A stretch of DNA of 64,000 nt, from the NCBI RefSeq assembly GCF_013167455.1, contig NZ_CP038328.1, one strand, 5' to 3'. The translations under genes were made by a program, and so were the position numbers. A model generated the notes under the pieces. It worked only from the letters and a program-made list of their open reading frames with translations. It made no database searches and was not told the DNA's origin. The stretch comes from Escherichia coli O157:H7. Lineage in GTDB: Bacteria; Pseudomonadota; Gammaproteobacteria; Enterobacterales; Enterobacteriaceae. Positions 59,834 through 64,000 of the stretch are shown here, in pieces; position 1 is the stretch's first letter, and every line of letters begins with the position of its first letter.

Positions 59834-61813
59834 ATGAATCGTTTTATTATGGCCAACAGTCAGCAATGTCTGGGTTGTCATGCTTGTGAAATCGCTTGTG
59901 TCATGGCTCACAATGATGAGCAACATGTCCTGAGCCAACACCATTTTCATCCCCGAATTACGGTTATCAAACATCAGCAGCAACGTAGTGCAGTGACCTG
60001 TCACCATTGTGAAGATGCGCCCTGCGCCCGTAGCTGCCCTAATGGCGCAATCAGCCACGTTGATGACAGCATTCAGGTCAATCAGCAAAAGTGTATTGGC
60101 TGTAAATCCTGCGTGGTGGCCTGTCCGTTTGGTACGATGCAAATCGTCCTGACACCCGTCGCAGCGGGCAAAGTTAAAGCCACGGCGCATAAATGCGACC
60201 TTTGTGCAGGGCGCGAAAACGGTCCTGCCTGTGTCGAGAATTGCCCGGCGGACGCGCTGCAGCTGGTCACTGACGCCGCACTCTCAGGCATGGCGAAATC
60301 CCGCCGCTTGCGTACCGCACGTCAGGAACATCAACCGTGGCATGCCAGTACCGCTGCACAAGAAATGCCGGTAATGAGTAAAGTCGAACAAATGCAGGCA
60401 ACGCCCGCGCGTGGCGAGCCGGATAAACTGGCGATTGAAGCGCGCAAAACCGGTTTTGATGAAATTTATCTGCCATTCCGTGCCGATCAGGCACAACGGG
60501 AAGCCTCGCGCTGCCTTAAATGCGGCGAGCACAGCGTTTGTGAATGGACCTGCCCGCTGCATAACCATATACCGCAGTGGATTGAACTGGTGAAAGCCGG
60601 AAACATCGACGCCGCCGTCGAGCTTTCTCACCTGACCAACACCCTGCCGGAAATTACCGGACGCGTTTGTCCGCAAGACCGTTTGTGTGAAGGTGCCTGT
60701 ACTATTCGCGATGAGCACGGTGCGGTAACTATCGGCAACATTGAACGCTACATTTCAGATCAGGCGTTGGCGAAAGGTTGGCGTCCTGACTTAAGCCATG
60801 TCACCAAAGTGGACAAGCGGGTGGCGATTATCGGTGCAGGTCCGGCAGGGCTGGCCTGTGCGGATGTTCTGATCCGCAATGGCGTGGCGGTGACGGTGTA
60901 CGATCGCCATCCAGAAATCGGTGGCTTGCTCACTTTCGGCATTCCTTCTTTCAAACTGGATAAATCCCTGCTGGCACGTCGTCGGGAAATCTTCAGCGCG
61001 ATGGGGATTCACTTCGAACTCAATTGTGAAGTGGGTAAAGATGTCTCTTTGGATTCGCTTTTGGAACAATACGACGCGGTCTTCGTTGGCGTAGGCACTT
61101 ACCGTTCCATGAAAGCGGGTTTACCCAATGAAGATGCGCCGGGCGTTTATGACGCGCTGCCGTTCCTCATCGCCAACACTAAACAGGTGATGGGGCTCGA
61201 AGAGCTACCGGAAGAGCCGTTTATCAATACCGCCGGACTTAACGTCGTGGTACTGGGCGGCGGCGACACCGCGATGGACTGTGTGCGTACTGCGCTGCGC
61301 CACGGCGCGAGTAACGTCACCTGCGCTTATCGTCGTGATGAAGCTAACATGCCAGGCTCGAAGAAAGAGGTGAAGAACGCCCGCGAAGAGGGGGCCAACT
61401 TCGAATTTAACGTCCAGCCGGTGGCGCTTGAGCTGAATGAACAAGGTCACGTCTGCGGGATTCGTTTCCTGCGCACGCGTCTTGGCGAGCCGGATGCCCA
61501 GGGGCGTCGGCGTCCAGTGCCGGTGGAAGGCAGTGAATTTGTCATGCCAGCCGACGCGGTGATTATGGCGTTTGGCTTCAATCCGCACGGGATGCCGTGG
61601 CTGGAGTCGCACGGTGTAACGGTAGACAAATGGGGCCGCATCATCGCGGATGTGGAAAGCCAGTACCGTTACCAGACCACCAATCCGAAAATCTTCGCCG
61701 GTGGCGACGCCGTGCGTGGTGCGGATCTGGTGGTTACCGCAATGGCAGAAGGACGTCATGCGGCACAGGGGATTATTGACTGGCTGGGGGTAAAATCAGT
61801 CAAATCTCACTGA
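59834..61813 (+). CDS. aegA: anaerobically expressed Fe-S / GltD-like NAD(P)H oxidoreductase AegA
   Basis: Track ORF 659 aa; N-terminal 4x CxxCxxCxxxC, C-terminal GltD-like domain with GAGPAG dinucleotide motif. Confidence 0.9.
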   Translation: MNRFIMANSQQCLGCHACEIACVMAHNDEQHVLSQHHFHPRITVIKHQQQRSAVTCHHCEDAPCARSCPNGAISHVDDSIQVNQQKCIGCKSCVVACPFGTMQIVLTPVAAGKVKATAHKCDLCAGRENGPACVENCPADALQLVTDAALSGMAKSRRLRTARQEHQPWHASTAAQEMPVMSKVEQMQATPARGEPDKLAIEARKTGFDEIYLPFRADQAQREASRCLKCGEHSVCEWTCPLHNHIPQWIELVKAGNIDAAVELSHLTNTLPEITGRVCPQDRLCEGACTIRDEHGAVTIGNIERYISDQALAKGWRPDLSHVTKVDKRVAIIGAGPAGLACADVLIRNGVAVTVYDRHPEIGGLLTFGIPSFKLDKSLLARRREIFSAMGIHFELNCEVGKDVSLDSLLEQYDAVFVGVGTYRSMKAGLPNEDAPGVYDALPFLIANTKQVMGLEELPEEPFINTAGLNVVVLGGGDTAMDCVRTALRHGASNVTCAYRRDEANMPGSKKEVKNAREEGANFEFNVQPVALELNEQGHVCGIRFLRTRLGEPDAQGRRRPVPVEGSEFVMPADAVIMAFGFNPHGMPWLESHGVTVDKWGRIIADVESQYRYQTTNPKIFAGGDAVRGADLVVTAMAEGRHAAQGIIDWLGVKSVKSH

Positions 61814-61880
61814 TAGCCTGCGCAGACAAACCCGACTTCACAGCGTAATATAATTGTTCATTTCGCGCTGTGGAGTCGGT

Positions 61881-62456
61881 ATGACGCAACAAATCACCCT
61901 CATTAAAGACAAAATTCTCTCCGATAACTATTTCACCCTGCACAACATTACTTACGATCTCACGCGCAAAGATGGCGAAGTTATCCGCCATAAACGTGAA
62001 GTTTACGATCGCGGTAATGGTGCGACGATCCTCCTGTACAACGCGAAGAAAAAGACCGTGGTTCTGATTCGTCAGTTCCGTGTCGCTACCTGGGTTAATG
62101 GCAATGAAAGCGGGCAGCTGATTGAAACCTGCGCCGGGCTGCTGGATAACGACGAACCGGAAGTGTGCATTCGCAAAGAAGCGATTGAAGAGACGGGCTA
62201 TGAAGTGGGCGAAGTGCGCAAATTATTTGAACTGTATATGTCGCCAGGCGGTGTGACTGAGCTAATCCACTTTTTTATCGCCGAATACAGTGACAATCAG
62301 CGCGCTAACGCCGGTGGCGGTGTCGAAGATGAAGATATTGAAGTGCTCGAGCTGCCGTTCAGCCAGGCGCTGGAGATGATCAAAACCGGCGAGATACGTG
62401 ACGGTAAGACGGTGTTATTGCTTAACTATTTGCAAATGTCACATTTAATAGACTGA
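61881..62456 (+). CDS. nudK: GDP-mannose pyrophosphatase NudK (Nudix)
   Basis: Track ORF starts at 61854; recognised N-terminus [11 protein letters not shown] (GTG 61881); Nudix box. Confidence 0.88.
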   Translation: MTQQITLIKDKILSDNYFTLHNITYDLTRKDGEVIRHKREVYDRGNGATILLYNAKKKTVVLIRQFRVATWVNGNESGQLIETCAGLLDNDEPEVCIRKEAIEETGYEVGEVRKLFELYMSPGGVTELIHFFIAEYSDNQRANAGGGVEDEDIEVLELPFSQALEMIKTGEIRDGKTVLLLNYLQMSHLID

Positions 62457-62581
62457 AAAATAACAATAATATTTCGTTGTTTATTCTTGGCTCAATCCGA
62501 CAAATCCGATTGAGCCGCGCTACCTGCGCAACGAAGATACGACTTGTGCTGTTTGTTTGAACTTCTGGGGTCGTACCGTCC

Positions 62582-63625
62582 ATGCGCTATCGCATTTTCC
62601 TTCTCTTTTTTTTCGCTTTGTTGCCGACGTCTTTGGTGTGGGCGGCACCAGCGCAACGGGCGTTTTCCGACTGGCAGGTCACCTGTAATAACCAAAACTT
62701 CTGCGTGGCGCGTAATACGGGCGATCATAATGGACTGGTGATGACCCTGAGCCGCAGCGCCGGGGCGCATACCGATGCCGTTTTACGTATTGAGCGCGGC
62801 GGGTTGAAGTCGCCGGATGCGTCTGAAGGGGAAATTGCGCCACGGCTGCTGTTAGATGGCGAGCCGTTGGCGTTAAGTGGTGACAAGTGGCGGATTTCAC
62901 CATGGTTATTAGTAACCGATGATACGGCAACCATCACCGCGTTTTTGCAGATGATTCAGGAAGGGAAGGCGATCACCTTACGCGACGGCAATCAGACCAT
63001 TTCTCTGAGTGACTTAAAAGCGGCGTTGTTGTTTATTGATGCTCAGCAAAAGCGCGTTGGCAGTGAAACCGCGTGGATCAAGAAAGGGGACGAACCGCCG
63101 CTCAGCGTACCGCCCGCGCCTGCGCTGAAAGAGGTCGTGGTGGTTAACCCAACGCCGACGCCACTCTCACTCGAAGAACGCAACGATTTGCTGGATTATG
63201 GAAACTGGCGGATGAATGGTCTGCGCTGCTCGCTTGATCCATTGCGTCGTGAGGTGAATGTCACTGCGCTGACTGATGATAAAGCGCTGATGATGATTAG
63301 CTGTGAGGCAGGGGCCTATAACACCATTGATTTGGCATGGATTGTGTCGCGTAAAAAGCCGCTGGCCTCGCGCCCGGTCCGGCTGCGTTTGCCGTTCAAC
63401 AACGGTCAGGAGACGAATGAACTGGAACTGATGAACGCAACATTTGATGAGAAATCGCGTGAACTGGTGACCTTAGCGAAAGGGCGCGGATTAAGCGATT
63501 GTGGCATTCAGGCGCGCTGGCGCTTTGACGGTCAGCGTTTTCGCCTGGTGCGTTACGCCGCAGAACCCACCTGCGATAACTGGCATGGGCCAGACGCCTG
63601 GCCCACGTTGTGGATCACCCGTTAA
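62582..63625 (+). CDS. ypfG: YpfG, periplasmic DUF1176-type protein of unknown function
   Basis: Track ORF 347 aa; N-terminal signal peptide; several Cys pairs. Confidence 0.85.
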   Translation: MRYRIFLLFFFALLPTSLVWAAPAQRAFSDWQVTCNNQNFCVARNTGDHNGLVMTLSRSAGAHTDAVLRIERGGLKSPDASEGEIAPRLLLDGEPLALSGDKWRISPWLLVTDDTATITAFLQMIQEGKAITLRDGNQTISLSDLKAALLFIDAQQKRVGSETAWIKKGDEPPLSVPPAPALKEVVVVNPTPTPLSLEERNDLLDYGNWRMNGLRCSLDPLRREVNVTALTDDKALMMISCEAGAYNTIDLAWIVSRKKPLASRPVRLRLPFNNGQETNELELMNATFDEKSRELVTLAKGRGLSDCGIQARWRFDGQRFRLVRYAAEPTCDNWHGPDAWPTLWITR

Positions 63626-63642
63626 ACAAAATGGCGGGACAT

Positions 63643-63712
63643 GTAGGCCGGATAAGACGCTGTAGGCCGGATAAGACGCGTCAGCGTCGCATCCGGCAAT
63701 CAGCATCCGGCG
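63643..63712. repeat. REP/BIME cluster between ypfG and tktB
   Basis: Tandem gtaggccggataagacgc units followed by an inverted gcgtcgcatccggc unit. Confidence 0.7.
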
Positions 63713-63719
63713 ATCACCA

Positions 63720-64000
63720 TCAGGCACCTTTTACTCCCAGCACCTTATGCGCTTTTGCCACAATATTCTCGGCGGTAAAGCCAAAGAACGGGAACAGCTT
63801 ATCCGCCGGAGCAGATTCCCCATAACCCGTCATCCCGACAATTGCCCCTTTCAGACCAACATACTTGTACCAGTAATCGGCAATACCTGCTTCCACCGCC
63901 ACGCGAGCCGCAACGTTAGAAGGCAACACCGACTCCCGATATTCCTCATCCTGGGCGTCGAAAATATCGGTCGAGGGCAGGGAAACCACGCGAACATTGC
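63720..64000 (-). CDS. tktB: transketolase 2, C-terminal portion (5' end outside window)
   Basis: Track ORF 63720..63989 ends …[19 protein letters not shown], typical transketolase C-terminus; open to window end. Confidence 0.9.
   Translation of the reverse strand, partial: NVRVVSLPSTDIFDAQDEEYRESVLPSNVAARVAVEAGIADYWYKYVGLKGAIVGMTGYGESAPADKLFPFFGFTAENIVAKAHKVLGVKGA

Noticed and set aside
62492-62770. 92-aa minus-strand ORF overlapping the ypfG start
   Set aside because: Antisense to the ypfG 5' end, no SD, Arg/Gln-rich composition typical of out-of-frame translation.
63643-63712. Tandem gtaggccggataagacgc units as a possible CRISPR array
   Set aside because: Only two to three short imperfect units with no unique spacers; sequence matches REP/BIME palindromes.

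Overview
This window reads as a dense, collinear stretch of Escherichia coli K-12-type core chromosome, and I found no convincing evidence of a previously undescribed system in it. Gene order in window orientation is: a Cys-rich partial ORF where the pbpC 3' end is expected, ndk, rlmN, rodZ, ispG, hisS, yfgM, bamB, der, yfgJ, xseA, guaBA, yfgI-yfgH-yfgG, pdeF(yfgF), ppx-ppk, purNM, upp-uraA, hda, yfgD, bepA, perM, the complete hydrogenase-4 locus focB-hyfR-hyfJIHGFEDCBA, bcp-gcvR, dapA-bamC, purC, ypfJ-tmcA-ypfH, ypfN, dapE-yffB, ypfM, acrD, narQ, aegA, nudK, ypfG and the 3' end of tktB. That is about 57 protein-coding genes, nearly all with well-known products, and I noticed no rRNA, tRNA, CRISPR array, IS element or prophage. 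All calls rest on reading the supplied ORF track and sequence plus recalled knowledge of E. coli; no database search was run, so start codons and family assignments are my recognition, not verified hits. The items most worth a second look are: (1) the edge ORF at 1..337, which carries two ferredoxin-type CxxCxxCxxxC motifs and atypical codon usage; (2) regulatory sites readable directly in the DNA (FNR box before pdeF, sigmaE promoter before bepA, PurR boxes before purM and purC, CRP-like palindrome before hyfA); (3) the hyf locus, known but physiologically unresolved; (4) non-AUG starts at hda and gcvR; (5) a likely SroE-type 3'UTR sRNA between ispG and hisS. Many long antisense ORFs in the track are shadow ORFs of real genes and were rejected.
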